In this document: one piece after another, positions 16,700 to 27,356 of the stretch
How the letters are laid out: every line of letters starts with the position of its first letter
How positions within the stretch are numbered: position 1 is the first letter of the stretch
Sequence record: NC_048792.1
DNA: 64,000 nucleotides
Strand: one strand, 5' to 3'
Made by a program: the position numbers and the translations under genes
The notes under the pieces: model-generated
The model's input: only the letters and a program-made list of their open reading frames with translations
The model's database searches: none
What the model was told of the DNA's origin: nothing

Positions 16700-19597
16700 T
16701 TAGTTGTAACGACGACCAGTGTGGTCACGCCAGTCAATCGCGATATCTTCACGAACCTGATAAGTACCGTCACCTGCGTATTCCAGCAAACGACGAACTG
16801 TAGGCTGTACCGATTGGTCTACTGCAGTGAAGGTGTTAACCTCACGACCATTGCTCATGATGGACATCTCAAAGCCACGAACGTTCTCATCACGTTGATC
16901 CTTAAACGCAGAGATGATATTCATGGTAGAGACAGTCTCTTTACGAAGCTCGGTGTTGATGATACGACTGATCGACTTACGTAACTCTTCACGATACTTG
17001 GTATCACGCCAAGCAATATCGGTAAGGAGTACCTTGGTTTTGAACGACAGAGAACCAGAGATGAATTGGCTCTGACCATCATCCACGATAACTTCCACTG
17101 AACCCAAACTCTGTTTAGGGAAGAACGAGATGTTGGTTTGTTCCAGACGACCACGAGCAACTTCATCCAACCGAGGTAGGATGTCGTTAACTACGCTATT
17201 AGGTAAGAATGCAGCATCCGATTTCTCAGAGGCACCGTCAGCGTAGTAGTAGTTACCGTCCATGACAAAGATATCGATAAGACGAATAGTCGGACGAGCA
17301 GAAACCGGAACAGGCTGACCATTAGCATCCAGGACTGGGTCCCCTGCTTTGAACTTGATGACTTGTTGGCCATCTTTATCCAATACAGGATCACCAGCTT
17401 TGTGCTGCAGGATCAGTTTGAATTCACCGTTAACGATTTCGTACTTAGCCGTACCGTCAGGATTCATTTCAGGAACGTCTTCATCGTAGAACTGATAAAC
17501 GTTAGTGGCGTAGGTTTGATAAACGTAGCTACCTGCCAGAACACGGGAACCAGCCCAGAGGTTATCCAGGGATTTACCCAGCTCCAGAGTAACACGTTCT
17601 TCCATCAACCCAACCGGATCCTTACCTACCAGGAACTTACCTACAATCAGATCAATAGCGGTCTGCTGTAAACCAGGAGGAGAGTAATCCGTCACCACGT
17701 TAATCAGCGTGAACTCCTGCTCCAGCGGAAGTGGGAACTCACGAGGCGTTGCTTCGTACATCGCAAAGTTAGTAACAATGAGACGATCTTCACGGTCAAT
17801 GTCGAAGTCAGTTTTGATCTCGAATGTCCAGATGACGTCTTTGTTAATAACCCCAGCGTAAGTACCGTTCAGATAAGCGTAGTCGGACTCACCTGGTGGA
17901 ACGAATGCCAACTGCAGATAACGGTTAGCTGGATCGATAGCCAAGTATTTATCATCGACTGTAGTTTTCACAGTCAGACGATAACCGCCATCGAAACGAG
18001 CGATAGCGAACTCTTTCGTCGTGAGACTAATACCCGCACTCGCATTATCACGAATAAAGCTACGGCGAATGATAGACGGATTAGCCAAATAATACGGACG
18101 CAAAGCGAAGTTGTTGTTCGTTGCATCCAGAACGTAGTGGAACGGGGAGTAAACGTAACTACCACCATTCACTGCGTTGATCAGCGACTCTGGAGTTTTG
18201 TTAATAACTTCAGGCCGTGCATTATCGGCTACAGTTTTCAGCACGCCATTCTCGAAGGAATAAAGAACCATCGGAGACAACGTTATGCGATCACCGTTAT
18301 CGTAGACACCCTGCAAACCAGCCAGCTCAGTCATTGAGGTCTGAAGCGTACTGATCGCAGTTGCAATACCGGAAGAGAACGGAGAGTTATCTGGAACAGC
18401 CATGGAGGACGTTGCCAGGTACAGACGTTCGGTGATGTCATCGCGAGACTTCAGAATATCGAAGCCTGCCCGGTTCAGTTTAGCCTCAATCTGCGCAGGA
18501 GTGATTGGGATACTGATCTTCGTTGCGTTATTGATAACACGCTCACGTTGCTCTTCAAACGTCAATCCGTTCATACCGCCACGGATGGTATCATCAGAGA
18601 CAAAGACGTAAGAGAGGTTAGGTACCGCCGCAGAATAACCGTTGAGGGACGGGACATCCATATCGTCCCCCCAAACCACACCGAATGTCTCAGAAGCAAA
18701 GTTACTGAGATCCTGAACGATGTCGCCTTTGGTACTGTAAACGTCAACGCGCAACGTACCGGTGATTGAACGGTTAGTCAGATAGATCGGAGGGATAGTC
18801 AAGTTAATGAAACCTTCCGCTACCTGGAGAATTGCCGTCGGGTTGTTTTCATCGTAGACTTGCAGGGAATGAGTAGTAGACATTTCTGTCCAGTTACCTT
18901 CCTGGCCGAAGAAACAACGGGTGTAAAAGTATTGGTCGTTGAACGGAATAGCAAAGCGAGTCCGAACATCCATTACTTGTTCCAGCGTCACCGAACGCTC
19001 CAGCTGATAAACCGGAATGTAGATCAACATGTACTTCGTACCCTGAGGGTCGTTGATCATTTCCCACTTCAGCATGTTATCGGTCAGCGTCTGAATCGGG
19101 GAAGTTGCATCGGTGTTGTAGGATACCTGAATACCACCGTGCGGCAACTGACGAATCTCTAATGGGTAGAGTAAAGTCAGCGGAGTTCCGCTTGGGGTGA
19201 TCTGAGTATAACGAGGAATGATCACTCGCTTAACTTCAGTATTCGGAATAACCTTCATCGCACGAATAACTTCGTCGTATGCAACGTAGTACATCAGAGT
19301 TACTTTACCAGGACTACCGAAACGCTCCAGGTAATCTGCATCTGACATATGGCCGTACAAGTCAGCAAAGTTGTTGGCGAGTAAAGGATAGTGCCGGCGG
19401 TCGTTAGCCAAAGAAACGTTGATGTGCTCAACTGCTTGCGTGGCACTGACTTCAAGTAAGTGGACAACCGGAGAGTTAACGTCAGTCAAGACGTCCCCGT
19501 CCAACTTACTGGCTAAGAACTCCAAGCCAACTCGTTGAAAGGAAGCTGGGTTCCAGGGCGCTGCCCGGAGCTTAGCTTCTAAATCGTAATCAGCCAT
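16700..19597 (-). CDS. baseplate wedge protein (baseplate J / T4 gp6-like; phiKZ gp87-like)
   Basis: IRGGMNGLTFEEQRERVINNA...ITPAQIE resembles the baseplate-J GG.D.E..E..R.R...AIT motif. 965 aa, in the expected syntenic position. Confidence 0.65.
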   Translation of the reverse strand: MADYDLEAKLRAAPWNPASFQRVGLEFLASKLDGDVLTDVNSPVVHLLEVSATQAVEHINVSLANDRRHYPLLANNFADLYGHMSDADYLERFGSPGKVTLMYYVAYDEVIRAMKVIPNTEVKRVIIPRYTQITPSGTPLTLLYPLEIRQLPHGGIQVSYNTDATSPIQTLTDNMLKWEMINDPQGTKYMLIYIPVYQLERSVTLEQVMDVRTRFAIPFNDQYFYTRCFFGQEGNWTEMSTTHSLQVYDENNPTAILQVAEGFINLTIPPIYLTNRSITGTLRVDVYSTKGDIVQDLSNFASETFGVVWGDDMDVPSLNGYSAAVPNLSYVFVSDDTIRGGMNGLTFEEQRERVINNATKISIPITPAQIEAKLNRAGFDILKSRDDITERLYLATSSMAVPDNSPFSSGIATAISTLQTSMTELAGLQGVYDNGDRITLSPMVLYSFENGVLKTVADNARPEVINKTPESLINAVNGGSYVYSPFHYVLDATNNNFALRPYYLANPSIIRRSFIRDNASAGISLTTKEFAIARFDGGYRLTVKTTVDDKYLAIDPANRYLQLAFVPPGESDYAYLNGTYAGVINKDVIWTFEIKTDFDIDREDRLIVTNFAMYEATPREFPLPLEQEFTLINVVTDYSPPGLQQTAIDLIVGKFLVGKDPVGLMEERVTLELGKSLDNLWAGSRVLAGSYVYQTYATNVYQFYDEDVPEMNPDGTAKYEIVNGEFKLILQHKAGDPVLDKDGQQVIKFKAGDPVLDANGQPVPVSARPTIRLIDIFVMDGNYYYADGASEKSDAAFLPNSVVNDILPRLDEVARGRLEQTNISFFPKQSLGSVEVIVDDGQSQFISGSLSFKTKVLLTDIAWRDTKYREELRKSISRIINTELRKETVSTMNIISAFKDQRDENVRGFEMSIMSNGREVNTFTAVDQSVQPTVRRLLEYAGDGTYQVREDIAIDWRDHTGRRYN

Positions 19598-20750
19598 TAT
19601 TTTTTCCTAAGTCGATAATAGATTGATCGTAACCAAAACCTGCCAGTGGATCAGGTGGCATTTCTTCGTAGTGGTACAGAGGAACTGCAGACCCTACTCC
19701 ACGTAGACGCTCGTAAACATCCTTCTCAATGAACCAGCATAATTCGTAAGTACAAGGGTGAATCAGTGGATACGAGTAGAAGTTACAGAGGTCACGTTGT
19801 TCTGGAGTAACACGATAATAGTTGTTACTCTTAACCCGAATCTCTTCACGCGTTAACCGTGTTTTGTTAACGATTTCCAAGTCCGGATTAAATAGAGCAG
19901 TCGTTGTGTTGAATGCTTCAATCAACAACGGGTCATTATAGATAGCCCCGACGCTGTTAAATTGTACGGTCACTGTATCATTGCTGCGATCGTAGTTATC
20001 GTCGTTATCGAAGTTGAATGTACCGCCCTGAGGGTTAGTACTAGGGAACGAATAACCAGTCCCGGCTATCTGCTGAACAAATCGACGAGTTGGGTCGAGG
20101 ATTAAGCGATAAACTCGGCAAGTATAATCGATACAGTTACGATAACGATTTCGTGGCCATGGAACCATTTTCTTAGTACGGATGTTTTCCATGTAAGATT
20201 CCCAAACATCGAATAAACGAATGAATGGGTTACCGTCCATGTTAGTAAACGATGCCGTTAACTGAAAAGCTCCGCGAATACGATACGGGCCATCTGCCAT
20301 AGTCCACTGCTCACCCAAAATACCTTCTGGTGACGTATAAGTACCAACGGCGTTATCAGGGAAACCAGACAGTGATTTCAGGCCGTTAGTCAGGATACTA
20401 ATAAATGCAGCCTTAGGATTGACGAGAGGAGTCGAATAACCAAAAGCCGGGTCGACACTACCATTAGGGTCTAAATACGCTCTAATGGCCGACGGGATCG
20501 TAATTGGGTCACTACTGATCAACGGAGTCAGGTGTCTATCTTGTGTAACATTATCGCGATGTAGGTTAAGGTCAGGCTTTGTAAAGAATGTCAGACCAAC
20601 CTGGTCTTTATTCGCCGCAACTACCGCACCGCGAGCACGATAATTATAACCAAAAAAGTTTTCGTAGACCTGACCGTACTTGGAACCAAGCCCGCCAGCC
20701 CTGAAAACCATATCTAGATTTTTACGAAGCGTATCGTCGTAAGACGCCAT
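19590..20750 (-). CDS. virion structural (tail/baseplate) protein, phiKZ gp88-like
   Basis: GLTFFTKPDLNL motif. Overlaps the baseplate gene. Confidence 0.55.
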   Translation of the reverse strand: MASYDDTLRKNLDMVFRAGGLGSKYGQVYENFFGYNYRARGAVVAANKDQVGLTFFTKPDLNLHRDNVTQDRHLTPLISSDPITIPSAIRAYLDPNGSVDPAFGYSTPLVNPKAAFISILTNGLKSLSGFPDNAVGTYTSPEGILGEQWTMADGPYRIRGAFQLTASFTNMDGNPFIRLFDVWESYMENIRTKKMVPWPRNRYRNCIDYTCRVYRLILDPTRRFVQQIAGTGYSFPSTNPQGGTFNFDNDDNYDRSNDTVTVQFNSVGAIYNDPLLIEAFNTTTALFNPDLEIVNKTRLTREEIRVKSNNYYRVTPEQRDLCNFYSYPLIHPCTYELCWFIEKDVYERLRGVGSAVPLYHYEEMPPDPLAGFGYDQSIIDLGKNNG

Positions 20751-20778
20751 TTTAAAAAACTCCTATAGAGGAAGCGAA

Positions 20779-21996
20779 ATGAAATTATCACTGAACTTGC
20801 CGTTGACGCCTATGGATGTTGTAGGCGGGTTGAAGACAGGCGTAATCCCAGAAGCGATAGCATTGTCTACTGCTGCCAAAGTTGGCGCAAAGGTCGGCGG
20901 TGCAATCGTAGATAACTTTAAGGGTTCTGCTAGCGATATTTCGCAAGCTCGCGCACTGATGGCGGACTCCCTGATCGATTACGCTCAACCTACCCGTGTC
21001 GAACCACTGACCTTGGTAGATGCTGCTCTCTACCAGCAACCGTACATGGAAGATATTCTGCAATCTCTGCTGAACGTCTTCGCAGGCTACTACACTCAAG
21101 CTATTGCGCTGAGCGCAGAAGTCGCTGGCGTTACTGTACTGAAACGCCTGGAACAATTTAACCCGCGCCGTGATCCGCGCAACTCTCTGGCTGAATATGC
21201 GTTCGGTGCAATCACCAGCGTGTCAACTGAATCGGCTCCGGCTGTTTCCAACGAAGCTTTCCGTTTCGGTCTGCCTGCACTGGAAAGTGAAGGTGGTCCA
21301 GGTAAGAAACCTTCTACCGTTGAACTGGCCAACCGTGAGACGCTGAACTCCCTGCGGGAAAACAGCAACCTGGCTGTTGGTAAGATGATCGAAGTTTCGG
21401 TCATTGTTGACGATAAGACCTTTAAGGTACCTGTCAACGTTCGGTTACATACCATCCCGGTTCCTTCGGTCGCTATGACCAACATTCTGACCGCCGGCGC
21501 ACAAAACCGCAGCACCAAAGAACGTTACTACGAGATGAAAGCAGGCAACTTGCGTTTCCTGAAAGATTTCATCGGCGTGGGCGATCTGCTGGACGCGCAC
21601 CGTAAGAAGATCCTGAAAGATCCTACCGGTCTGTACCTGAAGTCTCTGAACGACAAGCGCAACAACACCATTTCCGGTTTCCTGTCTGGTCGTCCGTCTG
21701 TAGCCCAGGCGTCCCAGATTAACGTGATCACTGAAGAGACGGCAATCGCCATCGAACGTGAATTGGGTATCAAACTGAATACCTCTCGCGGCCGCAGTAT
21801 CATGGAAGACAACAGTTCTCAGATGCTCCTGGTCGTAGTTGATCGTGACTACAATCAAGTAACCATCTACCACCGCGGCGTTCCTGGCGCTACTGTTATG
21901 TCAGTGGATTCCATGAAAAACGCCGGTAAAGGTAATGGCCCTGACGTCATGAAGCTGTTTGAAATGTACAAGCAGACTAAAGCCCCTACTTTCTAA
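20779..21996 (+). CDS. head protein (phiKZ gp89-like)
   Basis: Clustered STE, SNE and ALE cleavage-like sites at aa ~150-170. Syntenic position. Confidence 0.6.
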   Translation: MKLSLNLPLTPMDVVGGLKTGVIPEAIALSTAAKVGAKVGGAIVDNFKGSASDISQARALMADSLIDYAQPTRVEPLTLVDAALYQQPYMEDILQSLLNVFAGYYTQAIALSAEVAGVTVLKRLEQFNPRRDPRNSLAEYAFGAITSVSTESAPAVSNEAFRFGLPALESEGGPGKKPSTVELANRETLNSLRENSNLAVGKMIEVSVIVDDKTFKVPVNVRLHTIPVPSVAMTNILTAGAQNRSTKERYYEMKAGNLRFLKDFIGVGDLLDAHRKKILKDPTGLYLKSLNDKRNNTISGFLSGRPSVAQASQINVITEETAIAIERELGIKLNTSRGRSIMEDNSSQMLLVVVDRDYNQVTIYHRGVPGATVMSVDSMKNAGKGNGPDVMKLFEMYKQTKAPTF

Positions 21997-22007
21997 AGGA
22001 ACCGAAA

Positions 22008-22922
22008 ATGAAATTAAGTGGATTCTTCAAATCGTTGGTTCCTAACTTCGAGCGCTCTCGTGTACTCGATGAACTGGAACTGGCTCGTCGTCAACTGATA
22101 GAGGAAACTCTGCCGGTATTCAAAGACACTGCTGAACAGAAAGTCTTCCCAGGCCCGAACCCATTCAAGTCTGCCCAGGTTAAGCGCATCAACTCCGTAT
22201 TCATGCGCGAAGCAAACACGCGCATCAACATGGTCGAAGCGTTGGCTCGCATCCTGAGCTCAATGGCTGAAGGGATGCCTGAACTGGAAACTTACGTTGA
22301 GAACTCTTTCAAGAGCAACAGCGTAGTTAAAGCCGGCCTGACTTACAACAAGATCACCCTGATCCGTTTGATTGGTCTGACCGAGTTCTTCTGCCAATAT
22401 AGCCGCCGTGTACTCCTGTACATCTACGGTAAAGAAATCCCTGCCGCTTCTCGCGATCAAGCAGGTATGCCAGAACCCTTCACTAAAGGTGAAGTGAAAT
22501 GGCTGGAAGATAACCTGGTTAACTTCTCTCGTTGTGCGAAAGTATTCGCTCAGCCAATGCGTCAGATCCTGAACACCCTGGATGCCGTTCCGGATATCGT
22601 TTACGACCCGGATAAAGAAGCTGATGTTGAAGCTACTATCGGCCAAGCCAAAGTCGACCCGCTGCGTCTGCAGACTGGTTGGGTTCCGGTTGTTTCCGAT
22701 CTGATCTGGTGGATTGGTTCTGGTATCGTAGAATACCAGGCTAACCGTTACAATGCAGCCAAAGAAGAAAAGACTGCACTGGAACTCCGTCTGGCTCAGT
22801 TGCGCGGTGCACGTAACGGTAACAACGATGCGGCACAAGACCGTACTATCGAAGTTACCGAGAAACGTCTGCGCGACCTGAACTATAAACTGGTTAAGTG
22901 GGAAAAGGAATACGGCATCTGA
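22008..22922 (+). CDS. head protein (phiKZ gp90-like)
   Basis: 304 aa, strong codon bias, C-terminal coiled coil, AAGGA SD. Confidence 0.6.
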   Translation: MKLSGFFKSLVPNFERSRVLDELELARRQLIEETLPVFKDTAEQKVFPGPNPFKSAQVKRINSVFMREANTRINMVEALARILSSMAEGMPELETYVENSFKSNSVVKAGLTYNKITLIRLIGLTEFFCQYSRRVLLYIYGKEIPAASRDQAGMPEPFTKGEVKWLEDNLVNFSRCAKVFAQPMRQILNTLDAVPDIVYDPDKEADVEATIGQAKVDPLRLQTGWVPVVSDLIWWIGSGIVEYQANRYNAAKEEKTALELRLAQLRGARNGNNDAAQDRTIEVTEKRLRDLNYKLVKWEKEYGI

Positions 22923-22923
22923 T

Positions 22924-23463
22924 ATGAAGCTGCAATCTTTCCAATATACGCCGATGGGCTTTCGTAGCCCATTATACGGCGAGCAAAAAACTGAGCCTGT
23001 TCCAGACCAACTGATCATGGAGTCTTGGCAACAGATGCTCACGGATCGGGGTGAAGCTACGAACGTTTGGGCTTTTCGCCGTAAAGTCATTAACCGCGCA
23101 TTAGACCGTCTGCGTTATTTCCCGGACTGGTTGGCTGCTCAGGATAACAACACCAAGTTGTCCAAGCAGATGCGTGCGTTTCTCGAAGATACCGTAACTT
23201 ACATCAACACGGGCAAACGCCCGATGTCTCTTACGGTTCGGATAGCCTGCTTGGCTACTGAGCGATCGATGGATAACATACCCACGTTTATCCCGTCGCG
23301 CCACACGCCGTCACTGCGTAAAATGCTGACCGTAAAGGCAGAGGATTACATGTGGCACTGGTTGAAGCACGATGGTGGCTTTAACGATATGGTATGTACG
23401 CTTAACGTACTCTTCGGCGATATCGACGCCGAGGCTTATAGTACACGAAATCTTAGTATCTGA
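22924..23463 (+). CDS. virion protein (phiKZ gp91-like)
   Basis: 179-aa ORF in the head operon. Confidence 0.55.
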   Translation: MKLQSFQYTPMGFRSPLYGEQKTEPVPDQLIMESWQQMLTDRGEATNVWAFRRKVINRALDRLRYFPDWLAAQDNNTKLSKQMRAFLEDTVTYINTGKRPMSLTVRIACLATERSMDNIPTFIPSRHTPSLRKMLTVKAEDYMWHWLKHDGGFNDMVCTLNVLFGDIDAEAYSTRNLSI

Positions 23464-23474
23464 GGAGTTAATCG

Positions 23475-25748
23475 ATGAAGTTTACAAAAAGTATTCTGGC
23501 TAAGCGCGCTTCCGCCCCGGCCGTAGAGTCTGAAGTAATTGATCAGGCTAAAATCGATCAGTTGGCTGAAAAGAACGCTGACATCGATGAAGTCGCTACC
23601 GGCGGCGAAGGTATCCAAACTGCAGAGCAGAAACCAGATACTACCAAAGACATCACTATGTCTGAAGTAGACCAGGTCGTCGCTGGCGAATCGGATCCTA
23701 AAAACGTAGTTGGCGAACAGTCCGACGAGAAAGCTCCAGTTGTCAAAGACGCTGGCGCAGATCTGCCGGGTGCTGTAGGTAAAGGTGACGAAGTTGCTGA
23801 TAATAAAGGTAACACCGAAGTTCCGGATACCGAGAACGAAGACGAAACCGGCACCGCCCCAACTGAAACCAAACCAGACCCAGAAGCAGACAGCAACGAA
23901 GCTGTTGCCACTGGCGAAGAAACTGCTCCGTCTAAAGAAGACGCGGCCGCTGCTGTTGCAGCTGACCTGGAAGCAGATCCGGTAGATTCCCCGGTAACTG
24001 AAGAAGAAGGCACCGAAGCCTCTGCTGACGATACTGCCGAAGCCGCCGAAGAAGAAGCTAACCTGGACAACGCCGAAGCCGGTACAGATACTGAAAGCGA
24101 TCCGGCCAACAGCGCTGAAGGCGAAGCTACCGAAGCCGAAGACCAACCAGGCGAAGAAGGCGCAGCTGAAGCTGCCGCTGAAGTTGCAGACGCTCCTGTA
24201 GAAGTGGCCGCTGTAGAAGTTGACCCAACCGAAGCAGGTGATACCGCCGCAGCTGACGAAGTCGACGCTATCGCAGTTGGCGACGACGTAGTTGTTCCGG
24301 TTGAAGTTAACGAACCAGGTGAACCTGTTGTTGCCGAAGTCCAGTTCGAAGAGCCTGTTGGCGAAACCGAAATCGTTGTTGCTACTGGCGCCGCGACTGA
24401 TGGTACTGCTGATACCACGGCTGCTATCGTAGCTGAACCTGAAGCCGCACCGGTTGCTGTAGTAGAAGGCCCGGAAGCTACCCCTGACTTCGTTGCTGTT
24501 GCTGACGCCACCGATGGCGTTGTTCCAGCGGCTACCGAAGTAGACGAAGCGTTCGAATCTGCCGACGTTATCGAAACCGATATCGTTGAGCAAGAGCCTA
24601 CCTACGAAATCCTGAGCGAAGCCGTACAGACCTACCCAGAAGTTGTAGCTGTACTGGACAACGCACTGGCTAACGGCGGGATCTCTGTAGAAGCTGCTGC
24701 CCTGCTGAACATCTTCACTCAACGTGACGGTATCCCGGCTGGCATGAACGTCGCTACTGAGTCCTACGGCGGTTACGCTCGTTCTCAGACCCGCATCGCG
24801 CTGGAGAGCATCAAAGAGTCTCTGCGTCAATGGTGGGCTGACCTGGTTAAGTGGGCTAAAGAGCAACGCGATCGTCTGGCTGCGTGGCTGAAGTCTCTGT
24901 TTGATGCAAGCGCTGCTATGCGTAAAGAAGCAGAAGCAATCATCAAAGATGCAGAAGGCCTGACCACCGACGCTACTGGCGACATCGAAGTTAAAGATCC
25001 TTCCGCTCTGGTTAAGGACGGCGCGATCTCTACCGATATCGCTCGTGACGTAACTGAGCTGGCTCAACTGATCGGACGCGTATACGTTCCACTGGGCAAC
25101 GCCTGCATGGAAGGTTGTGGCAAAGCTGCTACCGTAATCGCTGATCTGAAAGGCGACGAAGAGAAAGGCGCCGTTGCAACTGAAATCGCTCGTGCATTCG
25201 AATCGGCTGACGCTGCGTTCCGTTCTAAACTGAACGAACCAGGTGCGACTGACGGCTTCCGTCAATCCAAAGTTCAGATCGGTGAACGTGTACTGCGCGG
25301 TAAAGTTGGTGACCATAACTCCGACGTAACTCTGTCTGACTTCGCCACCGGCGACGAGTGCCTGGCATTCGTACCAGTAACCGAAGAAACTCCGGCTGAC
25401 CTGACTGTCAAAGCTCTGAAACTGGGCGATGCGGTTGATACTGCGAAAGCGGTACTGGCTCTGCTGGACGCTATCGAAGAAACCAAGAAGATGGAAGCAC
25501 CGTGCAAAACTGCAGCTGATAAAGTTGACGCTGCCGGCGAACATCTGGTTAAACTGGCCGAAGAAGACAGCACCAACAGCGAGCTGGTAAGCGAACTGCG
25601 TTCTGTCGTGATGTCTCTGCAAAAAGAGATGTCTACTCCGTTCTCTCGCTCCATGAAGTACTTCGCGGCTGTTGCTCGCGCTGCACTGAGTGCTGCTCGT
25701 CAGTCTCTGCCTAAAGCAGGTGCTGCTGAACAAAGCGAAGAAGCGTAA
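23475..25748 (+). CDS. inner-head/ejection protein with very long acidic propeptide (phiKZ gp93-97 / SPN3US gp53-54 type)
   Basis: About 400 aa rich in A, E, D and P, then SVE, ATE and IALE/SIKESLRQWW, then a conserved paralog domain. Confidence 0.7.
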   Translation: MKFTKSILAKRASAPAVESEVIDQAKIDQLAEKNADIDEVATGGEGIQTAEQKPDTTKDITMSEVDQVVAGESDPKNVVGEQSDEKAPVVKDAGADLPGAVGKGDEVADNKGNTEVPDTENEDETGTAPTETKPDPEADSNEAVATGEETAPSKEDAAAAVAADLEADPVDSPVTEEEGTEASADDTAEAAEEEANLDNAEAGTDTESDPANSAEGEATEAEDQPGEEGAAEAAAEVADAPVEVAAVEVDPTEAGDTAAADEVDAIAVGDDVVVPVEVNEPGEPVVAEVQFEEPVGETEIVVATGAATDGTADTTAAIVAEPEAAPVAVVEGPEATPDFVAVADATDGVVPAATEVDEAFESADVIETDIVEQEPTYEILSEAVQTYPEVVAVLDNALANGGISVEAAALLNIFTQRDGIPAGMNVATESYGGYARSQTRIALESIKESLRQWWADLVKWAKEQRDRLAAWLKSLFDASAAMRKEAEAIIKDAEGLTTDATGDIEVKDPSALVKDGAISTDIARDVTELAQLIGRVYVPLGNACMEGCGKAATVIADLKGDEEKGAVATEIARAFESADAAFRSKLNEPGATDGFRQSKVQIGERVLRGKVGDHNSDVTLSDFATGDECLAFVPVTEETPADLTVKALKLGDAVDTAKAVLALLDAIEETKKMEAPCKTAADKVDAAGEHLVKLAEEDSTNSELVSELRSVVMSLQKEMSTPFSRSMKYFAAVARAALSAARQSLPKAGAAEQSEEA

Positions 25749-25777
25749 TAGTACCTCGACCATCACGTAGTAAAGAT

Positions 25778-25803
25778 CAGGGAGGGAGGTTTCTCCCTCC
25801 CTG
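25778..25803 (+). terminator. hairpin terminator, followed by TATG (25810)
   Basis: CAGGGAGGGAG-GTTT-CTCCCTCCCTG followed by GTTTT. Confidence 0.75.
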
Positions 25804-25843
25804 GTTTTCTATGTTCATCCTCCTCCTCTAGGGCAGAGAAATC

Positions 25844-27298
25844 ATGAAGATTAATCGCTATCGTCAGACATTGGCAAGTCGTCCAAGTGTGTCTGTCGAA
25901 TCAGATTCACAAGACGTCCACATCATCGATCATCAAGGCGAGCTAGTTCCAAAAGACACTGGCCCGGTTAAAATCCCAGATGGTACATTCGCACCACAGC
26001 ACATTGCTAATCTGGACATTCCGAAAGATATGGACTTCTCCTCTATCGTTGAAGAAACCGATTTCAACGACAAGATCAAAACCTACGAAGGCGTCGTCAA
26101 CACTATCGAGAAAAACATGCCGCGCGGTGTGTCACTCGAAGCCGCTACATTCCTTAATCTCTTCGCAGAGAAAGAAGGTATCCCGGTGCAGATGTATGTT
26201 TCTAACGAATCGTACGATGCTTTGGGTAGTAGCCAAAGTTCCGTTGCGCTGGAAGGCTTTAAAGAAGCTATCCGTGAGTGGTGGGCTCGTTTCCGCGAAT
26301 GGCTGAAGAACATGGGTCAGCACCTGGAACAATGGGCGCAGCGTGTACTTACTGGTGCAGACCGTCTGGTAAGTCGTGCCCAGATCATTCTGGATAATGC
26401 TGATGACCGTACTCCAGGGGACGATCGCATTAAGTCCAACCGTATCGGTAAACTGGCAATTGACGGACAAGTCACCGACGTACCGCGTCATCTGCGTGAC
26501 CTGGCTAATATCTGCCGTGCTTCCTTCATCGATATTCAGAAAGCTGCTATCGACAACGGGAAAACTATCGCCAGCCTGGTTGCTTCTGTAGATCCAGCCA
26601 ACGCTGACTCTGTAGGTAACACTGCAGATAAGATCAACAAAACCATTGAGCCGCCAATTAACTCAATGTCTTCATTCATGAAGAAGTCGGAAGATCCTAG
26701 CATCGCCGAAATATTACTGCGTGGTAACGAAGGTATCTTTGCTGAGACTTACATTTCAGACAAGCTGCTGGGTAACTGCACTATCGCTGCTGTACACGTT
26801 AAAGCGAATGAGTCGGCTCAGCCGGTAGAGTACATGCGCAACGTGGCTAACGCAGTCCGTAACTGGCGCATTGAGTTCCTGGACGATACGGAAGAGTCTA
26901 AGAAATGGAACATGGGTACTTCCGGTGTAAACGAAGAAGAAGAGAACGAATTTAATCGTCTCTCTGCTGCTGATTGTCGTGCAGTTGCCGAGTCTGTTAA
27001 GAACATCGGTGAAGTTCTCCGTGGCCTGGAAGGTTTGGTATCCGATCGTCAGAGTACGCTGAATGAATTGAACCGTGCTGGTTCTCATCTTCAGAACGTG
27101 AATGGTGACGACGAAGACCAGAACGTAGGTTCCGTTGTTTCGTCTCTTCGTACCATCACCAGCTCCGTTGCTTCCCGTCTGTCTGGCCCAAGTACCAAAC
27201 TGGCTTCTTACTTCGGTAACATGGCACGTATCTCTCTGGAGTATGCCGAGAAGTCCCTGAAAGCCAAGTCGACAGATCTGTCTGGCGTTGCTGAATAA
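25844..27298 (+). CDS. inner-head paralog
   Basis: SVE, SLE, SNE and VALE/GFKEAIREWWARFREW, then GKLAIDG shared with its neighbours. Confidence 0.7.
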   Translation: MKINRYRQTLASRPSVSVESDSQDVHIIDHQGELVPKDTGPVKIPDGTFAPQHIANLDIPKDMDFSSIVEETDFNDKIKTYEGVVNTIEKNMPRGVSLEAATFLNLFAEKEGIPVQMYVSNESYDALGSSQSSVALEGFKEAIREWWARFREWLKNMGQHLEQWAQRVLTGADRLVSRAQIILDNADDRTPGDDRIKSNRIGKLAIDGQVTDVPRHLRDLANICRASFIDIQKAAIDNGKTIASLVASVDPANADSVGNTADKINKTIEPPINSMSSFMKKSEDPSIAEILLRGNEGIFAETYISDKLLGNCTIAAVHVKANESAQPVEYMRNVANAVRNWRIEFLDDTEESKKWNMGTSGVNEEEENEFNRLSAADCRAVAESVKNIGEVLRGLEGLVSDRQSTLNELNRAGSHLQNVNGDDEDQNVGSVVSSLRTITSSVASRLSGPSTKLASYFGNMARISLEYAEKSLKAKSTDLSGVAE

Positions 27299-27305
27299 AA
27301 ACAAA

Positions 27306-27329
27306 TAGGGCGAGGATTAACTCGCCCTA
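27306..27329 (+). terminator. hairpin
   Basis: TAGGGCGAG-GATTAA-CTCGCCCTA. Confidence 0.6.
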
Positions 27330-27356
27330 AGATCAACTTTAAGATGGTAAGAAGAA

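Noticed and set aside
22920-22970. Read-through at other TGA stops (22922, 23463, 37039, 49526, portal 49591)
   Set aside because: The in-frame extensions are short or run into hairpins, and none contains the shared motif.
23436-25766. 776-aa antisense ORF
   Set aside because: Shadow of the strongly biased sense gene. S/F/R/C-rich, with no motif or SD.
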